Assembly: GCA_043811535.1 (NCBI GenBank)
Contig: JBDRNC010000010.1
Location: 1 to 36,508, forward strand
Reading direction: 5' to 3'
From: Elusimicrobiota bacterium
GTDB taxonomy: Bacteria > Elusimicrobiota > Endomicrobiia > Endomicrobiales > JBDRNC01
Length of the DNA stretch: 36,508 bases
Positions 27,076-36,508 of the stretch are shown in pieces. The notes beneath the pieces were generated by a model that worked only from the letters and a program-made list of their open reading frames with translations, was not told the origin of the DNA and searched no databases. The position numbers were made by a program, and so were the translations under genes. Every line of letters starts with the position of its first letter. Positions within the stretch are counted from its first letter, which is position 1.

Positions 27076-27266
27076 TTAACTGGAACGCATTCGGCGCATT
27101 TCTGAAGTATCATTTCTTTAGGGAGTTTTGTTTCTTTCTTCAGGTAGTTGATGTGTTCGGGCGAGCCGGAAGCTACGTGGAAGCAGCACTTGGCGCATAT
27201 CTCTTTTCCAAGGCCGCAGTTCTTCAATATCTTATCTGTTTCTTGCTGGCAAATTTCACATTTCAT
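27072..27266 (-). CDS. Small Cys-rich (zinc-binding-like) hypothetical protein
   Basis: CxxC motifs; ATGA overlap with the phosphoesterase gene. Confidence 0.6.
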   Translation of the reverse strand: MKCEICQQETDKILKNCGLGKEICAKCCFHVASGSPEHINYLKKETKLPKEMILQKCAECVPVK

Positions 27267-27281
27267 CTCGTATCGCTGCGA

Positions 27282-27569
27282 TTATGCGTTGGCCTGCTGT
27301 TCCTGGTCTGCCTGGTTCTTCTTTTCGGGAACGGCTATGCCTATGCCTATAAGCGCGTATCCTCCTAGTATCAGGAACGGCGATATTTTTGATGCCAGGT
27401 TCTGCCCGGCCGGATCCGTTTTTGTAAGGATGAAGTATCCCGCCGCCAGGACTATTATTCCGGCGATTATGATCTTCTTCCCAATTGCAGATATTCCCAG
27501 CGGCTTTTTTTGACCGGCCTGCTGAACCTGCTGCTGCTGTTGCTGGTGTTTATGCTTTTTGTGTTTCAT
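27282..27569 (-). CDS. Small two-TM membrane protein
   Basis: Basic/His/Gln N-terminus, two hydrophobic helices (SPFLILGGY), AAGGTGG RBS. Confidence 0.7.
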   Translation of the reverse strand: MKHKKHKHQQQQQQVQQAGQKKPLGISAIGKKIIIAGIIVLAAGYFILTKTDPAGQNLASKISPFLILGGYALIGIGIAVPEKKNQADQEQQANA

Positions 27570-27573
27570 TTTT

Positions 27574-27756
27574 AATCCACCTTCGTCCGCCTAGAAGGAC
27601 TTCGGCGGATTTCAACTTGACGTGAACGTCTTATTAATACGCGGACGCAAGTCCGCGGAGCTTCAATCCACCTGCGCTTCGCTTACGCCGACTTCGGCGG
27701 ATTTCAGCTTGTTGTGAACGTCTTGTTAATACGCTGACATAAGTCAGCGGAGCTTC
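27574..27756. repeat. Two tandem ~91-bp REP-like intergenic units with hairpins
   Basis: Units 27574-27664 and 27665-27756 share AATCCACCT...GACTTCGGCGGATTTCA...GTGAACGTCTT.TTAATACGC.GAC...AGTC.GCGGAGCTTC. Confidence 0.85.
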
Positions 27757-28489
27757 AATATTTCACTTTGTCTAAGAACAGTCCCTGCGGCGGCGCCGCA
27801 GTGATACCAAAGTTTCTTTTCCCTTCCTTCAGGGCCTGCCCCGCTTTTTTCGGGTCCAGCCTTCCCCTTCCGGCTTCAACGAGCGTTCCCATGATATTTC
27901 GTATCATGCGGTACAGGAATCTGTCGGCCGTGAATGTAAAGATCGTGAATCCGTTTTTCCGCCTTACCTTTATCTTCTTTAAATTCACGGATTTGTTTTC
28001 CGAAACGCCGCCCGCGGATGCGTACGCGCCGAAATCATGCCTTCCAATGAGCTTCTCTGCGGTTTCTTTGACCTTTTCCATATCAAGCTGTCTCTTGATA
28101 TGCCAGGACGTCTTTTGGGCCCAAACCGAGCGAAACTGCCGGTTCCAGACGCGGTATGAGTATATTTTTTCCTTCGCGGCGCGTCTCGCGTTGAAACCGT
28201 CCGGGACTCTTCTTGCCGAAACTACCGAAACGCTGTCCGGCAGATGCGCGTTAAGCGCCGGGACCAACCCTTGCGCCTTGAAATCTTTATTTGCGAAAAT
28301 ATTCGCCGCCTGCCCTTTCGCGTGGACACCCGCGTCGGTTCTCCCGGCGCCCGTCACTTTCACGGGTCTGCCGAGGATTTTGGCGGCGGCTTTCTCGATT
28401 TCCCCCTGCACGGTCCGGCAGCGCGGCTGCTTCTGCCAGCCGTGGAATCCCGAACCGTCGTATTCAATGATCAAAAGGTAATTCGGCAT
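27755..28489 (-). CDS. truA: tRNA pseudouridine(38-40) synthase
   Basis: YDGSGFHGWQ.Q, GAGRTDAGVHA.GQ, FLYRMIRNIMG, APPQGLFL. Confidence 0.96.
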   Translation of the reverse strand: MPNYLLIIEYDGSGFHGWQKQPRCRTVQGEIEKAAAKILGRPVKVTGAGRTDAGVHAKGQAANIFANKDFKAQGLVPALNAHLPDSVSVVSARRVPDGFNARRAAKEKIYSYRVWNRQFRSVWAQKTSWHIKRQLDMEKVKETAEKLIGRHDFGAYASAGGVSENKSVNLKKIKVRRKNGFTIFTFTADRFLYRMIRNIMGTLVEAGRGRLDPKKAGQALKEGKRNFGITAAPPQGLFLDKVKY

Positions 28490-29181
28490 TACTTACCGGC
28501 TATATCTGAAAATCTCAACAGGTCTATTTTCTGGTCTATCAGGTACTGCTTCAGCTGCGGCTGGCAGCAGTGCGCGAGCTCGGCTTCGCGCCACAACTCC
28601 GCGTAGCCCGGATGCGTCATAAGCTCGGCTATCTGATAAGATTCGTCGACGTTTCCCCAGTACCATCCTTCTATGAACTGGTCTATGAAAACCAGGCCGT
28701 TGTCGCTCAGTATCTTTTTCATGCTTTCATAAACCTGGCTGTCCGAGTAGAATTTAGAAAAGAACCTGACCACGGGCACCTTGTACTCTTTAGCGATCTC
28801 GCAGATTATCGGAAATACTTCCGGATGCAGGTGGGAGTGGTGGTGGCTGTCAAGATGGTCCGCCGTAAAACCGAATGAAAAAAACTTATCAAGCTGCCGC
28901 TTGATCTCAGAGCGGATGGTATCCGCGTTCGGCTTGGGATTGCTCATTTCCACGATGATGCCGAAATGATGGTCAACGTTGAAAAACTGGTCGATGTCGA
29001 TGTGAGGGCCCATCCCGAGCGACGGATTTTCCTTCGCCAGCCTTACCGCTTCCTCGGTGCCTTCCTTTTCAACGAACAGCGAGGCGCTTGTCACCACGCC
29101 GCTCTTGTGCGCGTAGATAATGCCCTTGTTGATCCCTTCCTTGTAACCGAAATCATCGGCGTTGACGATAAGTTTTTTCAT
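28489..29181 (-). CDS. ChbG/YdjC family carbohydrate deacetylase
   Basis: LIVNADDFG, HLDSHHH.H, ELMTHPG. Confidence 0.9.
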   Translation of the reverse strand: MKKLIVNADDFGYKEGINKGIIYAHKSGVVTSASLFVEKEGTEEAVRLAKENPSLGMGPHIDIDQFFNVDHHFGIIVEMSNPKPNADTIRSEIKRQLDKFFSFGFTADHLDSHHHSHLHPEVFPIICEIAKEYKVPVVRFFSKFYSDSQVYESMKKILSDNGLVFIDQFIEGWYWGNVDESYQIAELMTHPGYAELWREAELAHCCQPQLKQYLIDQKIDLLRFSDIAGK

Positions 29182-30206
29182 ATGATTTTTTTAGACACCA
29201 GAACTTCGGCTATCTCCACCGCGTTCAGTGCCGCCCCTTTTAATAAATTATCCGAAACTATCCAAAGGACGAGACCGTTCTTTACCGAAATATCTTCCCT
29301 TACTCTGCCGACGTAGGTGACCTGCTTTTCCGCGGCAAATAACGGCATCGGGTATTTCTTGTTTTCAGGTTCGTCTATCAGTTCTATGCCGGGAGCTTTT
29401 GAAAGGAGCTTCTTTGCCTCCTGCGCGCCGAGCTTCTTTTCGGTTTCTATCCAGACGGTTTCGGAATGAGCTCTCATGACGGGAACACGCACGCAGGTGG
29501 CCGAGACCTGGATCGAGCTGTCGCCCATGATCTTCCTGGTCTCATTGACCATCTTCATTTCTTCCTTAGTATAGCCGTTTTCCAGGAAAACGTCAATCTG
29601 CGGAATCAAATTAAATGCCAGTTGGTACGGAAACTTCTTGGAGGCCGGAATCGGCTCGCCTTTCGCCCACGCAAGGGTCTGCTGGCGGAGCTCTTCCATG
29701 GCCTGCCCGCCCGCGCCTGAAGCGGACTGGTAAGTGGAAACAATTATCCTCTTGATCTTGGCCGCGTCATGCAGCGGCTTCAGGACCGCGACCATCTGTA
29801 TGGTCGAGCAGTTCGGATTTGCTATTATTTTTTTATCCTTGCTCAGGTCCTGCGGGTTGACTTCAGGGACAACAAGCGGTACATCCGGGTCCATGCGCCA
29901 CGCGCTGGAGTTATCGACGACAAAACAATTCTCCTTCGCGAAGATCGGCGCGTATTCCTTTGACACGGCTGCGCCCGCGCTGAAAAGAGCGAGGTCGAGC
30001 CCTTTCGCCGCTTCCGGTCTCAGCAGCTCTATAGGCATTTCGCCCCTTGCGGTCATGACCTTTTTACCCGCCGAGCGCTCGGACGCGAGAAGTCTTAACG
30101 ATTCCGCCGGAAAGTTCCTTTCTTCCAGCATCTTTATCATTTCCTGTCCCACCGCTCCGGTGGCTCCGACTACGGCTACTTTATATTTCTTCATGTTGTT
30201 CTCCAT
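29178..30206 (-). CDS. asd: Aspartate-semialdehyde dehydrogenase
   Basis: VVGATGAVG, DNSSAWRM, IANPNCSTIQ, DNLLKGAALN. Start 30206 has an AAAGGA RBS. Confidence 0.97.
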   Translation of the reverse strand: MENNMKKYKVAVVGATGAVGQEMIKMLEERNFPAESLRLLASERSAGKKVMTARGEMPIELLRPEAAKGLDLALFSAGAAVSKEYAPIFAKENCFVVDNSSAWRMDPDVPLVVPEVNPQDLSKDKKIIANPNCSTIQMVAVLKPLHDAAKIKRIIVSTYQSASGAGGQAMEELRQQTLAWAKGEPIPASKKFPYQLAFNLIPQIDVFLENGYTKEEMKMVNETRKIMGDSSIQVSATCVRVPVMRAHSETVWIETEKKLGAQEAKKLLSKAPGIELIDEPENKKYPMPLFAAEKQVTYVGRVREDISVKNGLVLWIVSDNLLKGAALNAVEIAEVLVSKKII

Positions 30207-30241
30207 CAATTTCCTTTCTTTACCAGAATTGAATTCCTGTT

Positions 30242-31306
30242 TTATATGTTGCTTGCGATGAAATCGCCCATTTCCGTCGTTGACAATCCCATCTTGCCGG
30301 CCGCGAGGCTCTTGATCTTGCCGCTCTCCAGGCATTTGATAACCGACTGTTCAATGCTTTTGCCGGCTTTGACCTCGCCGATGGTTTCAAGCATCATGCC
30401 TCCCGCGCAGATGGCCGCGAGCGGGTTGATGACGTTCTTTCCCGTGTACTTGGGCGCCGAGCCGCCGATGGGCTCGAACATTGAAACACCTTCCGGATTG
30501 ATGTTGCCTCCGGCGGCTATTCCCATCCCGCCCTGAATCATCGCGCCAAGGTCCGTGATTATGTCTCCGAATATATTGTCGGTGACTATGACATCGAACC
30601 ATTCGGGGTTCTTAACCATCCACATGCACGTAGCGTCGACGTGCGCGTAATCCGTTTTGATCCCGGGATAATCCTTCGCTACGTCATAGAACGCGCGCTC
30701 CCAGAGATCCCAGGCATATGTCAGTACGTTCGTCTTCCCGCACAGCGTAAGTTTATTGTCTTTATTCCTTTTTTTCGCGTATTCAAAAGCATAACGGAGA
30801 CAGCGTTCCGCGCCGAAACGCGTGTTGATAGATTCCTGTATAGCGACTTCGTTGGGCGTGCCTTTCCTTAAAAAACCACCGGCGCCAACGTAAAGCCCTT
30901 CCGTATTTTCGCGCACGACGACAAAATCTATATTCTCCGGTTTCTTGTCCTTTAGCGGGCACTCAACGTTTGGATAAAGCTTCACCGGGCGCAGGTTTAT
31001 GTACTGGTCAAGCTCGAAACGCAGGGCGAGCAGGAGCCCTTTCTCCAGGATTCCGGGTTTCACGTCGGGATGGCCGATCGCGCCGAGATATATGGCGTCC
31101 ATTTTTTTTAGTTCCGGCACGACGCTCGGCGGCAGGACTTCTCCCGTTTTTTTGTAGCGTTCCCCTCCGAGGTCATATTCCACCCAGTCTATTTTGAAAC
31201 CCTCTTTTTTAGCGACGGCTTCAACGACTTTTTTCCCTTCCTTGATTACCTCGGGGCCGGTTCCGTCTCCGCCGAGCACTGCGATCTTGTAATTTTTCTT
31301 GCTCAC
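30242..31306 (-). CDS. leuB: 3-isopropylmalate dehydrogenase
   Basis: [35 protein letters not shown]; in the leu operon; probable GTG start at 31306. Confidence 0.92.
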   Translation of the reverse strand: MSKKNYKIAVLGGDGTGPEVIKEGKKVVEAVAKKEGFKIDWVEYDLGGERYKKTGEVLPPSVVPELKKMDAIYLGAIGHPDVKPGILEKGLLLALRFELDQYINLRPVKLYPNVECPLKDKKPENIDFVVVRENTEGLYVGAGGFLRKGTPNEVAIQESINTRFGAERCLRYAFEYAKKRNKDNKLTLCGKTNVLTYAWDLWERAFYDVAKDYPGIKTDYAHVDATCMWMVKNPEWFDVIVTDNIFGDIITDLGAMIQGGMGIAAGGNINPEGVSMFEPIGGSAPKYTGKNVINPLAAICAGGMMLETIGEVKAGKSIEQSVIKCLESGKIKSLAAGKMGLSTTEMGDFIASNI

Positions 31307-31372
31307 CTGTTTGTCCTCTCTTTCTTTTTTTGTATTTTTGTTCACCGTTACTAATTGCCCCGCCGCGGCGGG

Positions 31373-31867
31373 CTATTTGCTAATTGCTGCCTTTATGTAT
31401 TCCATCAGCCCGCCCTTTTTCATTATCTCCTGCATGAATCCGGGGAACGGCTGGGATTTGTACGTTTCCGATCTCGTGACATTCCTGATCTCGCCCGTCG
31501 CGAGGTTGACCTCTATCTGGTCGCCCGTGCGTATCTTTTCAACGGCCTTGTCCGACACAAGTATTGGAAGGCCGATGTTAATGGCGTTGCGGTAGAATAT
31601 CCTCGCGTAGGATTTTGCTATAACTCCCGACAGGCCCGCGGCCTTGATGGATATCGGCGCGTGCTCTCTCGACGAGCCGCATCCGAAATTGCTTTCAGCC
31701 ACGATGAAATCCCCGGGCTTTATCTTTTTCATGAAATCCTCGTCAAGGTCTTCCATGCAGTGTTTCGCGAGTTCCGCGTGCTCCGAGGTATTGAGATACC
31801 TTGCCGGTATGATTTCATCGGTATTGATGTTTGATCCGTACTTGTGCGCGTTTCCTTTTAATATCAT
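31373..31867 (-). CDS. leuD: 3-isopropylmalate dehydratase small subunit
   Basis: [36 protein letters not shown]. Confidence 0.95.
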   Translation of the reverse strand: MILKGNAHKYGSNINTDEIIPARYLNTSEHAELAKHCMEDLDEDFMKKIKPGDFIVAESNFGCGSSREHAPISIKAAGLSGVIAKSYARIFYRNAINIGLPILVSDKAVEKIRTGDQIEVNLATGEIRNVTRSETYKSQPFPGFMQEIMKKGGLMEYIKAAISK

Positions 31868-31922
31868 ATCTTTTCCTCTTTCTTTTCGTAATTCCTGGAC
31901 CCTGGCTACTGGCCCCTGGACA

Positions 31923-33182
31923 CTATAGCTGCTCCGGACTAACAATCTTACCCTTAATGGCCGAGGCGGCCGCTACCGCGGGGCTGGCCAGGTATACTTC
32001 CGACTTCACGTGGCCCATTCTTCCGACGAAATTCCTGTTCGTCGTGGCAACGCATCTCTCGCCTTCCGCCAGGATTCCCATGTGCCCGCCCAAACACGGG
32101 CCGCACGTGGGCGGCGATATCACGCCGCCGGATTTAAGGAAAATGTCGTACAGCCCTTCTTTCAGCGCCTGTCCCCAGATGGCCGGCGTCGCGGGCATTA
32201 TCAAGAGCCTCACGTTCGGATTCGCCTTTTTCCCTTTCAGGATTTTGGCGGCGATGCGCAGGTCCTCGATGCGGCCGTTAGTGCACGAGCCGATGACAAC
32301 CTGGTCGATCGCGATATTATTCAGGTCCTCCGCGTTCTTCGCGTTTGACGGCAGGAACGGGACCGAAACCGTCGGTTTTATCTTTGAACAGTCGATCTCC
32401 ATGACTTCCGCGTACTCCGCATCCGGGTCGCTCGCGTAGAGCTTGTATTTCCTTTTCGCCCGATTTTTCACGTATTCCAACGTCTGTTTATCGGGATGAA
32501 AAATCCCGTTCTTCCCGCCGGCCTCAATAGCCATGTTGGCCATGGAAAACCTGTCGTGCATCGGAAGAGAATCTATGACGGGCCCGCTGAATTCCATCGA
32601 TTGGTACAGCGCGCCGTCAACGCCGATCCTTCCGATCGTATGAAGTATGAGGTCCTTGCCGCAGACCCATTTATTCAATTTGCCTTTATAAACGAATTTT
32701 ATCGTCGCTGGGACCTTGAGCCAGATCCTGCCGGTTATCATCGCCGCGGCCAGGTCGGTCGAGCCCGCGCCCGTTGAGAAAGCCCCGAGGGCTCCGTAAG
32801 TGCAGGTATGCGAGTCCGCGCCGATCACAAGGTCGCCGGGAAGCACGATCCCTTTCTCGGGCAGCAGCGCGTGTTCCACGCCGCAGTTACCGCCCTCGTA
32901 ATAGTTGACGAGCTTCTGTTCCTTGGCGAATTCCCTGATGAACTTCACCTGCTGGGCGCTGTTGATGTCCTTGTTAGGCGTGAAGTGGTCCATGACCAGG
33001 ACTACCTTGTTCCTGTCAAAGACTTTTTTCGCGCCGGCCCTGCGGAATTCCTTTATCGCCAGCGGCGAGGTCACGTCGTTGCCCAGCGCTATGTCAACCT
33101 TCGGTTCGATGAACTCGCCCGGCTTTACGGATTTCTGTCCGCAGTGAGCGGCCAGTATTTTTTCAGATATTGTATGTCCCAT
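31923..33182 (-). CDS. leuC: 3-isopropylmalate dehydratase large subunit
   Basis: [33 protein letters not shown]. Confidence 0.96.
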   Translation of the reverse strand: MGHTISEKILAAHCGQKSVKPGEFIEPKVDIALGNDVTSPLAIKEFRRAGAKKVFDRNKVVLVMDHFTPNKDINSAQQVKFIREFAKEQKLVNYYEGGNCGVEHALLPEKGIVLPGDLVIGADSHTCTYGALGAFSTGAGSTDLAAAMITGRIWLKVPATIKFVYKGKLNKWVCGKDLILHTIGRIGVDGALYQSMEFSGPVIDSLPMHDRFSMANMAIEAGGKNGIFHPDKQTLEYVKNRAKRKYKLYASDPDAEYAEVMEIDCSKIKPTVSVPFLPSNAKNAEDLNNIAIDQVVIGSCTNGRIEDLRIAAKILKGKKANPNVRLLIMPATPAIWGQALKEGLYDIFLKSGGVISPPTCGPCLGGHMGILAEGERCVATTNRNFVGRMGHVKSEVYLASPAVAAASAIKGKIVSPEQL

Positions 33183-33202
33183 GATATTTTTTCCTTTCGT
33201 TA

Positions 33203-34747
33203 TTACTTTATCTTTTTTCCCGCGGCCGCTATTTTATTGACCGCCTGCAAATACGCCTTGGCGCTCGCCTCGATGATGTCCGTCGAGGTCCCTCGCCCGG
33301 TATATGTTATCCTGTTGCATATCACTTTCACGTTGACTTCACCCTGAGCGTCTTTCCCGCTCGAGACGGCGCGCAAGCCGTAATCGACAAGTTTGGGTTT
33401 TATCCCGGTTATCTTGTCTATCGCCTTGTACGCGGCGTCAACGGGCCCGTCCCCGCAGGAAGCTTCCTGCGCTATGGCCTTCCCGCCCTTTGATGCCTTT
33501 TCGCTTTTCGCAAGACGCACCGTGGCCGTAGGCACTACGCCCGTTCCGGAAGACGTATTCAGGTAATCAAGCGTGTATGCCTCCGGAAGCCGGCTTATGC
33601 CTTCTTCCACCAGCGCGGATATATCGTCGTCAAAAACCACTTTTTTCTTGTCGCACAGTTCCTTGAACCTTGCGAATATCATATCCACATCCGCGGGCTT
33701 GACGTGGTATCCCAGTTCTTTCAAACGTTTTATCAGCGCGTGGCGCCCGGAGTGTTTTCCCAGCACCAGCTTGTTTGAAGGAATGCCTACGTCCTGCGGG
33801 CGCATTATCTCGTAGGTCTTGCGCTCTTTCAGGACGCCGTCCTGGTGGATGCCGGCCTCGTGCGCGAAAGCGTTCGCCCCGACTATGGCTTTGTTGGGCT
33901 GAACGACTACGCCTGTCAGCGTGGTTACCAGCTTGCTGGCCTTGTATATTTCGCGCGTGTCGATGCCCCACTCTACGTCGAACATGTCTTTTCTTGTCCT
34001 CAGCGCCATCACTATCTCTTCCAGCGCCGCGTTGCCCGCGCGCTCGCCTATCCCGTTTATCGTGCACTCAACCTGCCGCGCTCCGTTGGAGACCGCGGCC
34101 AGCGAGTTCGCGACAGCCAGCCCCAGGTCGTTGTGGCAATGAACGCTCACGACCGCGCGGCTTATGTTCCTGACCCGCTGGCGCAGCTTGCGTATCATCG
34201 CGCCGTATTCTTCGGGCACGGCGTATCCGACGGTGTCGGGAATGTTTACCGTAGTCGCGCCGGCCTCGATAACCGCCTCTATCACCTTGCACAGGTAATC
34301 GAAATCAGAACGCACCGCGTCCTCGGCGGAAAATTCCACGTCGTCGCAGTACTTTTTCGCGAACCTGACGGAATTCACCGCGATGTCAAAAACCTGCTCG
34401 CGGGTCTTCTGCAGTTTCCGCTTGATGTGTATGTCGGACGTCGCTATGAACGTGTGTATGCGCGGCTTCTTTGAATACTTCACCGCGTTCCAGCATGCCG
34501 TGATATCCTTCTCGCTGCACCTTGAAAGCCCCGCGATTCCCGGGCCCTTTATTTCTTTGGCGACCGCTTTAACGGCCTCAAAATCGCCGACGCTCGTTAT
34601 GGGGAAACCCGCCTCGATGACGTCAACGCCCATGCGCGCCAGCTGCCGCGCCACTTCCAACTTCTCGTTTATGTTCATGCTCGCGCCGGGCGACTGCTCG
34701 CCGTCCCTCAGCGTTGTGTCAAAAAATATTATTTTATTATTTCTCAT
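33203..34747 (-). CDS. leuA: 2-isopropylmalate synthase
   Basis: [37 protein letters not shown]-terminal regulatory domain. Confidence 0.97.
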   Translation of the reverse strand: MRNNKIIFFDTTLRDGEQSPGASMNINEKLEVARQLARMGVDVIEAGFPITSVGDFEAVKAVAKEIKGPGIAGLSRCSEKDITACWNAVKYSKKPRIHTFIATSDIHIKRKLQKTREQVFDIAVNSVRFAKKYCDDVEFSAEDAVRSDFDYLCKVIEAVIEAGATTVNIPDTVGYAVPEEYGAMIRKLRQRVRNISRAVVSVHCHNDLGLAVANSLAAVSNGARQVECTINGIGERAGNAALEEIVMALRTRKDMFDVEWGIDTREIYKASKLVTTLTGVVVQPNKAIVGANAFAHEAGIHQDGVLKERKTYEIMRPQDVGIPSNKLVLGKHSGRHALIKRLKELGYHVKPADVDMIFARFKELCDKKKVVFDDDISALVEEGISRLPEAYTLDYLNTSSGTGVVPTATVRLAKSEKASKGGKAIAQEASCGDGPVDAAYKAIDKITGIKPKLVDYGLRAVSSGKDAQGEVNVKVICNRITYTGRGTSTDIIEASAKAYLQAVNKIAAAGKKIK

Positions 34748-35618
34748 TTTCTTTCTCCTTAAATAGATCCAATCCTGCTTCTTGCTCCGACTTCTTACCG
34801 TTCATGATCTCCATTATCTCTTTGTGGCTGACCGTCTTTCCGACGGTCCTTCTAAGTCGCCAGTACCGCCAGAAATATCCGAGGACCCCGGAGAGTATGT
34901 ATATAACGAAAACAATGAATATCGTGTTCTGGGGATATGTCAGTATCAGCAGTATGCTCGCTGAAATGAAGACGAACAGCTGCATCGATTTCGGCCTGCT
35001 GAACTTGAATCTCTTGAACCCCATATAAGGGATGCTTGAGACCATCAGCAGCGATATCACCAGCATCGTGGGCGCGATCGCATTGAAGAACAGCGGCATC
35101 CTCTTCATCACCAGAGGAATGGTTTTTACCGTTATGATGCCCTGCGCGAAAAGTTCGTAGCTCAGCACAAACGACGCGAGTATCCCCGCGGCCGCCGGTA
35201 TGGGCAGGCCCACAAAATCCCCGCTGCTTTCGCTGTCATGCGCCTTAACGTTGAAGCGCGCCAGCCGTATCGCGCCGGCAAGCACGAAGAACAGCCCTAT
35301 CGCCATTCCGGGTTTCCCGAGCGTGTGAAGCACCATCTGGTACATAAGCAGCGACGGCGCGACGCCGAACGATACAAGGTCGGCCAGCGAGTCAAACTCT
35401 ATGCCGAAACTGCTCGTGGTCTTGGTCCATCTCGCGACGCGCCCGTCAATCACGTCAAACGCAATCGCGGCGATTATTAACCATGCCGCGGCCGTGTAAT
35501 TGTTATTCATTGTAAAAAGCATGGAAATAAAACCCATCGCCATGTTTCCGGAGGTCAGCAGGCTCGGCAGTATGTAGATGCCGCGTCTCAAGCTGAATTG
35601 TTTTTGATTTTTTTCCAT
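34737..35618 (-). CDS. pssA: CDP-diacylglycerol--serine O-phosphatidyltransferase
   Basis: D..DGRVAR......[30 protein letters not shown]; adjacent to psd. Confidence 0.93.
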   Translation of the reverse strand: MEKNQKQFSLRRGIYILPSLLTSGNMAMGFISMLFTMNNNYTAAAWLIIAAIAFDVIDGRVARWTKTTSSFGIEFDSLADLVSFGVAPSLLMYQMVLHTLGKPGMAIGLFFVLAGAIRLARFNVKAHDSESSGDFVGLPIPAAAGILASFVLSYELFAQGIITVKTIPLVMKRMPLFFNAIAPTMLVISLLMVSSIPYMGFKRFKFSRPKSMQLFVFISASILLILTYPQNTIFIVFVIYILSGVLGYFWRYWRLRRTVGKTVSHKEIMEIMNGKKSEQEAGLDLFKEKENEK

Positions 35619-35626
35619 AATGTTTC

Positions 35627-36244
35627 TTACCTTAACTGCGCGATCACTGTGATTCCGGCTCTTACCTTGTCGCCGGTTTTCACTTTTACTTCGGCCGAAG
35701 CCGGCATTTCCAGATCCACCTGCGACCCGAACTTGATAAAGCCTATTTTATTCCCCTGCTCCAGGGCATCGCCGGGTTTGACCCACGAAACCACCCTGCG
35801 CGCCAGTATCCCCGCTATCTGGTGGACTGTGAATACGCCCTTCTTGGACTGTATCGTGATTATATTCTGCTCGTTGATTACGTGCGCTTCCTTATCCATC
35901 GCGGGAAGGAATTTTCCCGGCTTGTACTCCACGTTCTTCACGGAACCGGCAACGGGCGACCTCTGCAGGTGCACGTTGAAAACGGAAAGGAATATCCTGA
36001 CTGTTTTTGAATCACACGCGGAAATCACTTCAAGGACCGTGCCGTCGGCCGGGGACAGGACCATGTTGTCATCCGGGACGATCTTCCTTGACGGATCCCG
36101 GAAAAAATATGAGAAAAAGAGCCCGAGCGCGATAAGCGTCCATCCCGGAACGGACCAGTAAGAACCGCGGAACAAAATTACTATCAAAATCCCTATAATA
36201 GCCGTTATTATGACTAACGGCAGACCGTCTTTCACTATAAACAT
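35627..36244 (-). CDS. psd: Phosphatidylserine decarboxylase proenzyme
   Basis: FFRDP.R, SPADG, IFLSVFNVH..RSP, QIAGILARR, IKFGSQVD self-cleavage motif. Confidence 0.93.
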   Translation of the reverse strand: MFIVKDGLPLVIITAIIGILIVILFRGSYWSVPGWTLIALGLFFSYFFRDPSRKIVPDDNMVLSPADGTVLEVISACDSKTVRIFLSVFNVHLQRSPVAGSVKNVEYKPGKFLPAMDKEAHVINEQNIITIQSKKGVFTVHQIAGILARRVVSWVKPGDALEQGNKIGFIKFGSQVDLEMPASAEVKVKTGDKVRAGITVIAQLR

Positions 36245-36354
36245 ATTATCTTCCAAATAAACAAAAAACCCTTCACTTTCAGGGTTGATTAAGAATAGCA
36301 AAATGTCAGTGGTTTGTCAACGGATTTTGACGAAAGCAAATGCGATGCTTTGAT

Positions 36355-36508
36355 TCACCGGGTAGCGACATGGCGGTATTTAAGGAATTCAACGATTCTG
36401 CCCAGCAAACTCGTGCTGCCGTATTTTATCGTATTGATTTTCAGTTCGGCTTCCTGTTCCGATCTTTCAATTATCATATCTATCTTGTCGAAATCGGTCC
36501 AAACCAGG
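36355..36508 (-). CDS. 3' end of an unidentified ORF running off the window
   Basis: Open frame LVWTDFDKIDMIIERSEQEAELK...RHVATR* ending at TGA 36355. Confidence 0.4.
   Translation of the reverse strand, partial: LVWTDFDKIDMIIERSEQEAELKINTIKYGSTSLLGRIVEFLKYRHVATR

Noticed and set aside
27574..27756. CRISPR array or tRNA
   Set aside because: Only two units, similar along their whole length with no unique spacer; no cloverleaf or T-loop motif.
27768..36161. Long plus-strand ORFs opposite truA, asd, leu, pssA and psd
   Set aside because: Antisense frames of well-supported GC-rich genes.

Overview
The window has two parts. The right third (26.6-36.5 kb) is ordinary host housekeeping DNA, all on the minus strand: psd-pssA-leuA-leuC-leuD-leuB-asd-ydjC/chbG-truA, small ORFs and a YfcE-like phosphoesterase. 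The left ~25.5 kb is a plasmid-like conjugative element. Read right to left it has a XerCD dif-like site, iterons, a RepA initiator, a candidate oriT hairpin, a Replic_Relax-type relaxase, a VirD4-type coupling protein, a large beta-propeller/Ig surface protein with a T9SS-like C-terminal domain plus a PorV-like barrel/TPR protein, and a compact VirB2-B3-B4-B5-B6-B8-(B9?)-B10 type IV secretion operon. No integrase is visible. Left of this backbone is an ArsR/CadC-controlled metal-resistance cargo. Besides a P1B ATPase, a DUF302 protein and a truncated permease, it encodes a soluble MtrA-like (corrinoid-binding fold) protein flanked by two Cys-rich proteins. The cargo is joined directly to an IS21 istAB pair whose left end interrupts a ~97% identical second copy of a backbone gene. 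Best candidates for new biology: (1) the MtrA-like corrinoid/Cys-protein module in a metal-responsive operon; (2) a RepA+T4SS element that may integrate at dif via host Xer; (3) a T9SS-like adhesin display pair embedded in the conjugation operon. All family calls come from motif recognition by eye; no searches were run.
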